Below, in pieces: positions 1-12,718 of a stretch of 64,000 bases of DNA (its first letter is position 1; each line of letters begins with the position of its first letter). This DNA is from Ginglymostoma cirratum. Lineage: Eukaryota. The notes below the pieces were generated by a model that ran no database searches, was not told the DNA's origin, and was given only the letters and a program-made list of their open reading frames with translations. The stretch covers positions 4,941,931-5,005,930 of the forward strand of contig JAHRHZ010000056.1 in assembly GCA_024137785.1 (NCBI GenBank). Direction: 5' to 3'. The position numbers were made by a program, and so were the translations under genes.

Positions 1-149
1 TGGACTGTGATCATCAGTGACTAAAGGACAAGAGACCAACACCAAAAACAGTAACCCACAGTGACACCTGGTAGCTCCAGGTGTGGCACAAATGGGAGAG
101 CCTACCTCTTCAGTCACCAGCACAGGGGTGAAACATGAAAACACTCCAC
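1..149 (-). CDS. Candidate exon C of an unidentified gene (may end at a donor after 106 or run off the window)
   Basis: CTTATTTTAAG|GT GGA GTG. Phase 1 completes the TGT codon begun in exon B. The frame (C)GVFSCFTPVLVTEE... is open to the window edge; possible donor GAG|GTAGGC at 105. Confidence 0.3.
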
Positions 150-280
150 CTTAAAATAAGATCGTTTGCTGTGTGCCCATCATCTTTTTTAGATAGGCAA
201 ATCCTGGAACTTGCTTGTTTGTGAACTTGAGCTGGAAGTGACAAAAATAAGGAACTTTATGTTACTTCACGATACTCCAC

Positions 281-420
281 GAACAGAGTTCTGAGGAAGG
301 GTCACAAGACCTGAACCGTTAACTCTGATTTCTCTCCGCAGATGCTGCCAGACCTGCTGAGCTTTTCCACCAATTTCTATTTTTGTTTCTGATTTAAAGC
401 ATCTGCAGTTCTTTTTTATT
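281..420 (+). mobile_element. Penelope-like terminal-repeat fragment
   Basis: Hammerhead motif followed by cagatgctgccagacctgctgagcttttcc...gcatctgcagttc, the same family as the elements at 21.9 kb and 42.7 kb. Confidence 0.7.
284..327 (+). ncRNA. Minimal type I hammerhead ribozyme motif (core variant) in a Penelope-like repeat
   Basis: CAGAGTT-CTGAGGA-AGGGTC ACAA GACCT-GAACCGTT-AACTCTG. Perfect 7-bp stem I, CUGANGA box and stem II hairpin. The GAAA box is altered to GAAC. Confidence 0.65.
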
Positions 421-696
421 CCCCATTTTCAGATGATGGAGAGGTACCTTCAAACTTGTTTTTTTTAGCTTTGTATTCATGCTACTTCACTGGCCCTACA
501 TACCTACTTTAGTAAATTGTGGTGCAGCTAAGTGCAGAGTTCTCCTGGGAATGTTAATTCATTGTTTGGTTACAGTCTTGTTTGTAATTTGTTACATTTA
601 TGTTGGCTTCACTTTTGTTTTTTCCTGTTTGAGACTTTTGCTGAACTTTTCAAAAATGGGATGTTTTTTAAACTTAATAGGAGCATTTTAACTCAC

Positions 697-1108
697 AGAT
701 GTTTACTGTCAAATTCAACAGCGTCTGAGACTCCATCCTGAACCTGGCATCATTGGCCAAAATGGTATCAAACATAAAACTCCAACTGCTTTGAATTTGT
801 GGTGCCAAAATGGTTATGAAATTGTTAGCATTTGCTGTCATTGCTCCACTGAAATTGACAATAACTTTGAGAGCCTCCATGTGTGCAGATTTACACAGAA
901 TCTGGAAGTTCCTTTCAGTGATTCTACACATTGTCAACATCTTCTGGGCAACTTCCCCCAGATTGCAATCTCCAATTACAATATTGACAAAAATATTGAT
1001 ATCAACATTGTTAGTCTTGCTGTAAAATGTTGCATCTTGTTGAATGAGCTGCTGTTGGGTTTTTAACTGTGTCCTAGCATCATAATTACTGCTAAACACT
1101 CTCACTAA
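697..1108 (-). CDS. Candidate exon B (412 nt) of an unidentified gene
   Basis: TACAG|TTA GTG AGA ... AAC ATC T|GTGAGT. 137 open codons in AT-rich non-repeat DNA, with a consensus donor. The polypyrimidine tract is weak. Confidence 0.4.
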
Positions 1109-1308
1109 CTGTACATTTGTAGAATATCATTTCTTTCCATTATGATAAAAGCAGTTCTAATTTTAGAATGTTTTAAAGAAGTTTCTTTTCCTTTGTTTTG
1201 GCTTCTGGCAATCCAATCTTAAATAATTATTCCACTACCTGAAAGTGCAAGTTAAAAATAAAGCATTTCACTGCTTTTAATTTCCTGGTTTGCTGTCTAT
1301 GAGCGTAC

Positions 1309-1481
1309 TTCAATATAATTAGCTGCCCACTCTGTTGACATCACTGTTGCTGTATGTCTGGATTTATTGCCAATATTTAAAGTGCTGTCAGGAAAGGGAA
1401 CATTTGTATAATAAAGACTGCTACATTTTTGTAGACAGTATTTTTCAACATCAGTGACGAATGCTGTTGCTGCATTGCAGA
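1309..1481 (-). CDS. Candidate exon A of an unidentified gene
   Basis: TTTTTCAG|TC TGC ... ATT GAA|GTACGC. Open frame CNAATAFVTDVEKYCLQKCSSLYYTNVPFPDSTLNIGNKSRHTATVMSTEWAANYIE; phase 0 end fits exon B. Confidence 0.35.
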
Positions 1482-2994
1482 CTGAAAAATATCTCTCAGT
1501 ATTCAATATGAAATGTATTATCTTTACATTTTTATCATGTGTTCACAGAAACTGAATATTAAAGAGTTCAATGAACCATGGAAGATTGAGCTGCTCCAAC
1601 CAGTTTCCATGTACTGTTATAAATAGCTGACTTCTTGCTAATCGATGTACGCTGACTGGCTGCTTTAACAAATAATACTGTGAAGCTGTTTTAAATCTAT
1701 AGCAGATTTATTTGGTAGAATATTCCATAAACCACAAGTTAATGTTTTCTAGAGAAATGTAACTGCTGTTCATAGAATGAAAGACAAAGAAACCTAGACC
1801 GAAATTAAAGAACAGCTTTGGCTCAATGGTAACACACTCCTTTGAGTGACTTGGCACAGGAGAAGGAATCCATCAAGCCCATGAAGCTCGTGCCTCTGTA
1901 AAGCAAACTAGGCAGTCCCATTCTCTTGCCCCAAACCCAGAGTCCTGCGAGCTCATTTCCCTCGAGGGTTCACCATAATTCCTTTTGAAATTATTGATGA
2001 TTTCTCTATTCAGCACCTTTAAAGTCTGTGAATTCCAGTAAATACCAGTCGCTGCATAAAAAAAAGTCCTTACTCCCATCACCCCTGTAGCCCCTGTACG
2101 AAACCTTAATGTGGTCCCTGAGTGAGATGATTTACTACAGAGATTTGAACATATTACCTCAGATGATAATTTCCATGCAGAACTGAGAAAGCATTGTTGG
2201 ACATGTTGTATTTCAGATGAGATGCTAAACTGAGATTCCATCTATCCTCTAACATGGATACAAAACATTCCATAATTGAACAGGAGCAGCAGTATCCACC
2301 CAGTATCCTGGCTAAGCAATGAGTCACTTATCTTTTTGCTCTTTGAGACGATACCATTTGCAACTGTTGTATTTTTCTACCGTACGACAACACCTCCTCA
2401 AAAATAATTAATTGGCTGCAAACTGCTTTGGGACTGCCTGCTATTGTGGAAGGTGACGGTATTGAAAGTTATTTGTTTCAAAGGTTTGAGTTAGAGTAAT
2501 TGGCTTATGAACAGTACTGTAATATAGACCATACCAATACTGGAGCTTAAGTCGGAGCTATCTCTTCCTATTTCCATTTCACTGTAACTTTTATAGTTTT
2601 CTTTTCCAAGTACTTGTTTGAATTCCTTTAAAATATTATATTCTCTGGTTTCAATAAACCATGAAGAAAGAATCGCTTTGTAGTTTTCTTTTTGTTCTTC
2701 CTGTAATAATCCTAAGTCTGTGCCCCACTATCATGAACTTGCCAAACAGCAGAAAGAACTGATCCCCATTAACGTTTTTAAATCACTCAGACTTTGCAAA
2801 AGCATTATTCAATCTTTTCACAATCTTTGTTGCCCAGCAAAAGTAAACACCAATTTTTCAAAATTTTGTCATTCGTTTCTGTCTCCACCAAGAACACATC
2901 TTTCTTGGCCAATTTATACCAACTTCTCCTGATTCCTTTGGCTTCTTGTCAACTCATTGACTCCATGACTATCTACACATCATTCTGAACTTTT

Positions 2995-4045
2995 AAAGCA
3001 CAGAAAGAGGCCATTCAACCCATCATGTCTGCACCAGTCATCAAACACCTATTGACTCTATTCCCAGTTTATGGCATTTGGCCTGTAGCCTTATGTACAA
3101 TGGTGTTTCAAGCGTTAATCCAAGCAGTTCTTATACGTTGCAATGGTTCCTGCCTTTACCAACTTTTCAGGCAGTGTGGTCCAGATACCCACCAGCTTCT
3201 GGGTGGAAAAAAAAAGTCTTCCTTAAATCCCCTTTAAACTTCCTGCCCTTATCCAAATCTATGTCCCCTGCTGACTAATCCTTCTACCTAAGGGAAATGT
3301 TTCTTCCCATCTACATCCCTCATAAATCTGCACACCTCAGATCGGGTAAGGAAAACAACCCCAGCCTATCTAATCTCTCTTCATTGCTGAATTGCTCCAG
3401 CCTAGGCAACATCCTAATTAATCTCTCCTGCATACTGTGTGGAATATCATATCCTTCCTATAGAGTGGCGATCAGTACTGCATACAATACTCCAGCTGTG
3501 GCCTAACTATACAGCTCCATCTTAACCTTGTTATTAACCTTGTATTAAATGCCGCGACTAATATAAACAAATATCCCATATGCCTTCTTAACTATCTTAC
3601 CCACCTGCCCTGTCATCTTAAAGGATCTTTGGACGCGTACACCAAGGTCCCTCTGATCCTCTCGACTTCCTAACATACTACCATTCATCATGTTTGCTGT
3701 TGGCTTGTTAGTCCTCCCAAAGTGCATCAACTCTCAGTTTTCAGAATTAAGTTCCATTTGCTGCTGTTCTGTCCATCTGAGCAACCCATCTATGCCTTCC
3801 CATAATCTTTGATTTGCCTTCTTACTATTTACCACACCGTCAATTTTCATGTCACCTGCAAACTTATTGACCAAACCTCCTACAATCATGTGTGGATTGT
3901 GAGTGTACATTCCAAACAGCAAAGGATCCAACACCAAACCTTTCAGTACGCCACTAGACACAGCCTTCTTGTCACAAAACCAACGCTTAACCAAAGCTTC
4001 TGCCACTAAGCCAATTTTAGATCCAATTTAACCAAGATCCCATGG
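2995..4045 (-). mobile_element. CR1 LINE 3' fragment (degenerate reverse transcriptase)
   Basis: Minus frames give VSSGVLKGLVLDPLLF...VNKFAGDMKI...WTEQQQMELN and HFGRTN...QRDLGV; multiple frameshifts. Confidence 0.9.
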
Positions 4046-4769
4046 GCTACCTGATAGCAGCTCTTCCTATGAATAACATGTCACATCTGATCTTACAACT
4101 CGCCAATCAGGATTAACAAGAGCTGGGCTTTTCTCAAAAACCTTTGAAGTAGAGAGAGATTGTGCCTCAAATCTTTACTTACAACATCTATGTGATAAAG
4201 AAACATGTCCTTGTATATAAATACAAACCATGTCCTTGAATCATATCCAGTGACAAATATTGTGTATCTGATGATAATGTTCTAAAGTGGCTGAATGCCC
4301 ACAGACTTTGGAACTTGCTGAAGAATAAATTCTAAATGATTCTTTACTGCCTCCTTCCCGTGACTTAGATATTTCCTCTGAAGGGCTGTTTGACACTGCA
4401 TATAATATTCCATGTCCTAACTCATACCTCGTACTGAATGAATTGCACTTTCTTGCTTTTAATAATCAAATGTTAGAATTCCATTTGTTTTTATTCTGCA
4501 GTCTTGTCCATTATTTAACCTTCAATTATTGGTTTTAGGTCTGAGGGAAGAAATACAGCTGAACGTTTGATCCTTAGCAGGGCTGGAATCAGAGCAGAAA
4601 GGGCAGAAATTAGCCCTACCAGCAATATTGAGAGATAGGAACATTGGCAGGCCATCCAACCCCTTTAACCTGCACTGTGATTGAATTAGATCATGACTGA
4701 TTTTAAGACTTCACACCATCCACCCATCTTGGTTTCATAGCTTGAACAAAAACTTTTCTCATTAGAATG

Positions 4770-5105
4770 TGGCAGAGTGAAGGATGATCTTAAAAGTGTA
4801 TAAAATCTTGAGGGGCACAGATAAGGTGAACAGCAAAGGATTTTCCCTAGGTTGGGGGAGTTCAAAACCAAGGGACATATTTTTAACGGGAGAGGAGAAA
4901 GATTTAAAAAGGGACCCAAGGGCTAACTTTCTCACACAGAGGGTGGTTCATATGTGGAATGAACTGCCAGAGGAAGCAGTAGATGCAGGTATAGTTACAA
5001 CATTTAAAAGACATTTGGACAGGTACAAGAATAGGAAACATTTAGAGGGATGTGGTCGGCATGGACAAATTGGAGCAAAGAGTCTGTTTCTGTGCTGTAT
5101 GACTA
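4770..5105 (+). mobile_element. CR1 LINE 3' end fragment
   Basis: VYKILRGTDKV...FLTQRVVHMWNELPEEAVDAG...FKRHLDRY, the C-terminus of CR1 ORF2 plus 3' UTR. Confidence 0.9.
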
Positions 5106-5984
5106 TTAATTGCCTTTTAGAAATGCTCAGTTAACTGTAGCCTAAACAACTTTTTGGAGGAAAGTGTTCCAGGCTTCCGCTACAGATATAGTACTCAAAA
5201 ATCCAGCTGTACGATAATGGGACATTTTTGTAATAGAGAGCTTTACTGTTTGAGCCATTGCACAACATTGTCTGTTTGAAAATACTTTCTCAGAATTAAA
5301 CAGGAACAAGTATGCTGAAAGTCTGATAATCGATATGCCCTCAAATATCAGGTTGCCTTTGGAAGCACGGGTGCTGGGTATCCTCAATCATGACCATCCA
5401 CAAAGAGAACAATGAATCAATTTGAGTACAGGACATTGAGTGAGCAGATTGTTTTGACAGACACTTATTGGTCAGGCACTACAGGTTGAATCCCACTCAG
5501 AATTAGCCCTGGCTTAACAGTGCAAGGAGTTGATCATTGCTTACAGCCTCTATTTGCTTCTAATTGGCAATATACTATCACAAGTGAAAAACAGTACATT
5601 ATTAAACTGCTAACTGAAGATTGATATTGCATGTGGGCTTGATGCAAATGCAATATATTAAACTCTGACTGACCCTATTGCATGATAACAGGATGGGTTA
5701 CTTCGAACATGCCAGCTTGAATGTCTTAAATCCGGGAAGATCCAAAAACTGGGATGATCACAATTCCAAGGGTGTCAGACATTTATCACTGTATGTATAC
5801 CTGTACTTTTCAACATCAGCTTAAATGAGCTGGCTCTAATTTTAGTACGATGTTCTGTTATACTGGATCTCACCTAACCAAAGGAAACAGTTTGGGTCCA
5901 TTTAACCCATCAAATGCTTTAAACACTTCATAACTGTTCACCTCTTATCTTCAAACTTCAATGGAGTACAGATGTGCATCTATA

Positions 5985-6880
5985 AGGCATGGTCAGTAAG
6001 TTTGCAGATGACACCAATATTGGTGGCATAGTGGACAGTAAAGAATGTTATCTAAGATTACAAAGAGATCTTGATCAATTGGGTCAATGGGCTGAGGAGT
6101 GGCAGATGGAGTTTAATTTGGATAAATGTGAGGTATTGCATTTTGGTAAAACAAACAAGGGCAAGATTTACGTAATTTAAAGTATGGCTTTGGGTAGTGT
6201 TGTAGAATAGAGAGACCTCGGGATTCAGGTACATAATTCCTTGAAATTTGCATCACAGGTAGACAGGATGGTTAAGAAGGCATTTAGCACACTTGTGTTC
6301 ATTGCTCAGACCTTTGAATATAGGAATTGGGATGTCATGTCGAGGTTGTCTTGGACGTCAGTGAGGCCTCTTCTGGAGTACTGTGTTCAGTTTTGGTCAC
6401 CCTGTAATAGGAAGGATATCATTAAGCTGGAGAGGATTCAGAAAAGATTTACCAGGATGTTGCTGGGAATGGAGGGTTTGAGTTATAAACATAGGCTGGG
6501 ACTTTTTCACTGGAGCACAGATGGTTTATAAAATCATGAGGGATATAGATAAGCTGAATGGCAGGTGTCTTTTCCCTATGGTGGGAGTTTCAAAACTAGG
6601 GGGCATATTTTTAAGGTGCAAGTAGGAAAATTTAAAAAAGACATGAGGGACAACCTTTTTACACAGAGTGGTTCAAGAGTGGAATGAACTTCCAGGGGAA
6701 GTGGAGGATGCAGGTACAGTTACAATGTTTAAAAGATATTTGGATAAGTACATGAAGAGGAAACGTTTGGAGGGACATGGGCCAGGACCAGGCAGGTGGC
6801 ACAAGTGTAGGGTGGGATAATGGTCAGCGTGGGCTGGTTAGATCGAAGGGTCTGTTTGCGTGCTGTAAGACTCTATGTCT
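5985..6880 (+). mobile_element. CR1 LINE 3' fragment (RT C-terminus + 3' UTR), relatively young
   Basis: VSKFADDTNIGG...LQRDLDQLGQWAEEWQMEFNLDKCEVLHFG and VRPLLEYCVQFWSP. Contains stops and frameshifts; ends in a ctctatg-type tail. Confidence 0.93.
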
Positions 6881-9800
6881 ATCTAGCTCACATAATATCA
6901 TGCTTTTAGTCCCCGGTGTCACTGCTAAAGGTTTGGCAACAATTAATTTTTAATAAATGAAAGGCAGCTGTTGAACTTAAATAATAATGTTTTATTGTTG
7001 TAAAAAAAAAAGCACATTACGTGGACAATTTCAAACAGTACCTTTGTCATCAGTTTGGCTGTCAAAACTATCGCAGAAAAGAAACTGTACATCATATTCT
7101 TGTTTGTGGAGGTGTTGATAAAATAGGCAGCATTTCAGAAGACAAATAGTTACAATTATTACATTTCAAAAGTCTTGTTCAAGAAACATGTCCTACGTCA
7201 AGGAATCATCAACTACATAGTCATCCAGTGAAATTACAGTAGTTATTATGAAGTTTGAATATTTATCCACCTGATTGCTTAATATAATGGTTATTGTCTT
7301 TAGAAAGCCAGTGCCCATGCTGTTGCTTTGTACACAAAAATGTGACATTTTTACCATACAAAAGAAACAAGTTATATAATAGTAATGTGAAGGTAAGGAA
7401 TGTTTTCTGCTATTTCCAAAGCACTCCAAAGGGTCAAAAATACAAAGTTATTCTCCGCACGTACCTTTCATTCAATCCCATTATCACTCCTTAGGCTCTG
7501 CACTGTTCCCTTATTTAAGAGATGTGAGAAATGATAAACACAAGACACGTTCATTCTATTATATTTTCTTTCTTCACCATTCTGCTCGTATGCTCTCTCT
7601 CTCTATTCTCCTATCTTGTTCATTTAGGCACTGAACTTTGGGTATTCTTTGTTCTTCTGAGAGTTTAAAAGATGCACGAATACTTCGACAGGTTAACAAT
7701 GGCACGTAAAGTGGTGCAGAGTGCAGTTAGCCGTGCCAAGAGCCTATATTAGAACATAATTCATTCTAAGCCCTATAGAAAGGAGATGTGAATAGAGGCT
7801 ACTTTAACATTCAGCCCACTTCTGGCTGCTGTTACATTCCTAAATCAATTTAAAATAAACAGGTTAATGACTATTAGAATAGTGGATAGAATGGCCTGAC
7901 ATTCACAAAACAAGTGGCATCCCTTCAAAAATTATGCTTTACCTTAACTAATTTTTTTTCCCAAAATTAAACAACATTGATCGTTTCCTCCAATTGTCCT
8001 GTCAAGTACTTCTGTACTCAAGGTGGATTTCCAGGTAAACTTCAAAAAATTTACTAATAAAATAAATCTCATTTTTACAATTTGGATATGATTGAGTGAT
8101 TCTGTCTCTCAGTGGTGGTCTACCATTGACAAATGGCAGTAATGTTCCATCATGTGACCTCAGTTCTTCCCTCAGTGCCAAACAGATACATTCAAGCACC
8201 TCTACAGAATGTTAGAATTGAACGGATACCGATACTGTTCTGGAAAATGCAGTTCCTTACAGAACAGGAGTGATCCATGGGAAAACTAGTAATAGTAGGA
8301 CTGGTTGCCAGCTTTTGCATTGAATAACTCCAATGAAACATAAAACAAAATCACATCTTATCAGTTCAGCACAGTCTTTACACTCGGCCAACAGTCTCCA
8401 CGTGAAGAACACATTTGAATAATTCTTTCATAACTCAGTTTAATTGTTGAGAATACAATACTCCTTATCTGAAAATTCTGAACTCCAATGCACAACAGAA
8501 ATTCTGTGTGAAACATTTTTATCACTTGCGTTGGGCAATTGACTTCTGAAGGTCACGTGGCAAAACCTGCTGTATGCTTGACTCAGTTTTGCTGCGAATG
8601 TCTTAATACTTCTTGCAGTGCAGCATGTTATTTTGGTCTAAATCAGTCAGGATTCAAAAGGAAAATAACCAAAGGAAGGAACTGTGCATTCTCCAGTCGA
8701 TGACACCGGTAATGGAAAGTAAAAGATTTGTTTCGTTACCGAAAGACAATATTATGTGCCCTCCTCTTATTATGTTTATGTTGAATAAGCAAACATGAAT
8801 GTCAGAATTAGACCACAGTCAGGAAGCACACGCAGTAGCCCTTTGTTAATAAGGCCATGTACATCAGACATCAAAAAGTAAATTACAGCACATTACTAGC
8901 AAAATGTTACATTCCTGACCGTTCAATTATTGGAATGAGCATTCACACAGTTTACTGTACAGACTGGATTACTCCAGTAGCCTACATTTGAATTTCCTTA
9001 CATCATACCAATAGAAAAATAAAGTGACGGTTTGTGTGTCTGCTACACATTGCCAGAAAAGCTGCTCACTGCTTTCAGCCACCCACTATCACTGCTTCCC
9101 CTTCCCACTAGGGTTTTCCTATGTTTCTTGTGTCTAGTAATACTCAATGAAATCAAAATCCACGTATCAGATAGCAAAACATCTAAATGCACATGGTCGC
9201 ATAATATCTAGCCAATTATCAAGGCACAGTAAATTTTTAAACTATATATGTATATTTTTGTATGTCTTTCAGCCACAAGAACTTTACAACACAAGTGCGT
9301 GTGCACAACTAGAGGAAGGGACCCACAAGTGGATGAACAAGATGAGTGTCAAAAATGCTTTAATAATTGTACTGATATGTTCCTGGAATGTTCTTTAGAA
9401 AATTACTACATTCTAACCCCTGACAAAAGTCTTTCAATAATCATGATACAATAAATAAGGAAAAAAAAATACACTTATTCCCCAAACCCCGACACAGACA
9501 AAAAAAAATGTGCACTAATGCTCTATGTGCCATTATTTCATTGCAGCATGACATATTCCAATGTATAGATTTGTAAGGAATTTTTCTTACGATGTCCTGT
9601 AGTCCACAGAACTCTAATCATTAGTCAACTTTATCAATTGAATTTTGGACTCCACCTCCCTCCCTCCCTCCCTCCACCAAGTCCCAGGATGTTCCTTCAA
9701 TTCAATAAAGGATCTAAAGCTCAATTTTGTACAATTGCAAGGTGAAAAGTCAGACATTATAATAAAATTGAAATGAGAACCAAAGTGGAGCTATTTACTA

Positions 9801-9900
9801 CACCAAACATACAAAACTATTATTGCATGCTTTCAAAGCAAATGGAAAACCATACTTATTATCAATTTTGGCATTTTCTCAGCAAGTTTATGAGATCAAT

Positions 9901-9906
9901 TTTATT
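9901..9906 (-). terminator. Candidate polyadenylation signal (AATAAA) of the STK17A-like gene
   Basis: TTTATT on + strand about 700 nt downstream of the stop codon. The 3' UTR could extend further, towards ~8.7 kb. Confidence 0.3.
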
Positions 9907-10600
9907 TGGCTGAATATCTGATCTTTCATTTCCAACTTGAAACAGGCCAAGTATGAAATTAATCTCATGAACGGGGCGAAGTGGATTTGGGACAGTTGGG
10001 GACGTGCTCATTAGTATACTGGAACAGAAACGTTCTGCAATTATACTGTGAACGGAATCCCCTTCCACGAAATAGCTGAGTTAAACTCAAATAAGGCAAG
10101 CTTTTTCTTAAGCTTAAAAAGGAGCAATACCAAAGAGAAGTTTCTCAAACCACAGAGTGACAATAGAGTTGCCAGAGAAAACACAAAAGCATTGGATGAA
10201 TGCAAGATTGTCACTTCCACAGTCTACAGTGTGTTCTCTATTACAAATATTTCCATGTTGCCCATTTCAACCATCACAAAATTTACCTTTTGTTGATAAA
10301 TAATGAGATGCAGAATTCACAGATTTAATCAGTAAAGGTTTTAACCACATCTCTCAACTCTTATCACCAAACCTCAGAGGGCACTATTTCTCCAGAAAAA
10401 ACTGCACATTTCTTCTTAAGCCATGTGCTCAATTTAGGCCAACTGCTCTATATTATGCCAGGCTTATGCCCAATAAAAAGTTAATTGCCTTAAGTAATGA
10501 AAGCCTGCAGACCATTCAGCCACGTGGCACTCTGAGCAGCGAACAAATGCAGTGCTCGGTGTAGCTAGTTGAAGCCAGCGTACTCGCAGTCCAGTATAGA

Positions 10601-10862
10601 TTAAGCACTCAGAAAATCTCGCAACGTTGTGAAAGACTCCTCAAATTTGAACTGTTTGTGCACTGCCGCTCGCTCGATTTCAATGTCCTTGTCCAACTGC
10701 CTACACAGGGTGTAGGAGGCCATGAGAACCAGTTCCTCGGAATCAGGGCTGTTCTGTTCAGACTCCGACTGCTCCTCCTCTGACTCGGTTATGGGTTTTG
10801 GCACCTCTAGTTTGGAAGAAAGCCACGGGTGGTCCAAACACTGCTCTGCTTTTGCTCGTTTC
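10601..10862 (-). CDS. stk17al: STK17A-like kinase, terminal coding exon 7
   Basis: AAG|G AAA CGA gives (R)KRAKAEQCLDHPWLSSKLEVPKPITESEEEQSESEQNSPDSEELVLMASYTLCRQLDKDIEIERAAVHKQFKFEESFTTLRDFLSA*. Kinase subdomain XI, then an acidic tail and a DRAK-type KxFKFEE motif. TAA at 10601-10603. Summed exons are 1089 nt with no frameshift. Confidence 0.93.
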
Positions 10863-12467
10863 CTTTAATGACAAAGCAGAAAATTAATACAGATACTTGC
10901 ATTCAAAACTTGTGATAACTCACAACTTTGTTGTTTAATCTGTGTGCAGATTGAAGTTTACCAGAAAAATAAATCTTTTATTGTGGTTTGCAAAATTAAT
11001 TTGAACTCATTACATTGCAGATCCTTTGTAAAAGTAAATCCTAAACAGTTGATGCAAGGGCTTAGATTTTGCTGAATGAAAATTACAGTATGAATATTTC
11101 ATGTCTCCATATGACATTCCTTTGTTGGCTATGTTAAATGGAAACATTCCTCCAAGTAGGCAGTGAATAAAGGAATTTCAGTAAAAAAATGTTGACATTC
11201 AAGGCATAATTTCATGGCTAATCTTTGTTTGAAAAAACATTTCCTTTTTCAACTGAAGTTAAATGGACCCCAATTAAAATATGGATTTTTATTGTGTTGT
11301 TTTGAACTTTGTTTAGAAAGAAAACAATGTAACAAATTTCTATGATACATCAAGGATAAAACTAAGACCACCAACTGCTGTTCTTCATTCAGAAAGAGCT
11401 ACAAAGATACTCACTAATTTAGTTTGACCGCAACACGGAAATTTGTTATGCCATTATGATGTGTGGCTTGACCAATTCATGCTCGATTCATTTATCCACC
11501 TGAACCGTTCGAACAATCCCACGTGTGCCTACTTGCAAAGTTACTAAAAGGAGCACCTTAATTTGGATAAGTCACTTATGAATACAAGAGCTGGATCGCA
11601 ATAAAAGGCACCAAGCACTACTCAGATCAGTGAAATGGGGGCCTTGCTACTCAGCAGAATGCGAGGGGGTGGGATAAACAATGAACAAAATACCTGGATG
11701 AATTTGAACCAGGGAACTTGCGACGTGCAGTGAAATTTTCTGCAACTGAATAATTCCCACTCAAACAGTATGTCCACTACAAATGGTACATTTCCCACCA
11801 GCAACATGATGTGAGAATTTTTTTTTAAATTGGCAAGACCGACCATATGCAATTGTGACTTTATCAGTGGCCAGTTATCCACTATTTAGGGAAAAAGACA
11901 TTATACTCAATAATGATGGTGTCATAACTCTATATAGCAACACAAAATTGATCAAACATAGCATAGCATTCTATATCACAGAAACTCATTGATTTTAGAA
12001 TAACTGATCCCTACATTCTCATTGCCTTACAGATCCCTTACAACATGAAAATAATGAGACACGTGGAAATTGAGCAAAGTACTAGGACAGGTTCCAAATG
12101 AATTAATTTTTCCATAACGTCCTTAAATTTCATTGATAGCAAAGAGTAGCTGGGCCTGAGGGGACATTAGAAAATATTTTCCATTACTAGCTTGTCAGTC
12201 ACTGAATCTCAAAACGGAGGTCAAAGTAGAAATAAGATCTAAATCCAATGGACTGTATCTGTTGTGTTACATTTTGGTGGAAGACCACAGGACTGAACAG
12301 TCTTTCTGTGTCCGTCCATCTGGCATATAGTTGACAACCTGCATTCTGACAATTTGGTTGAGAAACATAATGTTATATTTCAGTTATTCACAGGGACTGT
12401 GCAGTTTTGGAAATGCCAGTACTTGTTGTCCATCTCTAACTGCCTCTGAGAATCTAGAATGAAGCAC

Positions 12468-12718
12468 TAGCCTAGTGGTAACCAGGGTAACTACTGCCTA
12501 TGGTTGTAAAAACTCATCTGATTTACTAATAGCCTTTAGGGAAGGAAATGTGCCATCCTTACTAGGTCTGGCTACATGTGACTTTTTCACTCTGGCCTAC
12601 ACGTGACTTCACACCCACAGCAAAGTGGATGACTCTTAACTGTCCTCTGGACAATCAAGGATGAGCTTTAAATGCTGGCCTAGCCAGTGATGCCCAAATC
12701 CCATGAACAAATAAAAAC
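12468..12718 (+). mobile_element. tRNA-derived SINE, same family as 13965-14285
   Basis: gcctagtggt...cctttagggaaggaaatgtgccatccttac...aaatgctggcctagccagtgatgcccaaatcccatgaacaaataaaaa. A further minus-strand copy lies at ~15170-15430. Confidence 0.75.

Noticed and set aside
791-1066. Plus-strand ORFs overlapping candidate exon B
   Set aside because: Antisense shadows of the longer minus-strand frame, with no splice-consistent partners.
9862-10296. Short ORFs just downstream of the kinase stop
   Set aside because: They lie in the AT-rich presumptive 3' UTR and have no recognisable protein features.
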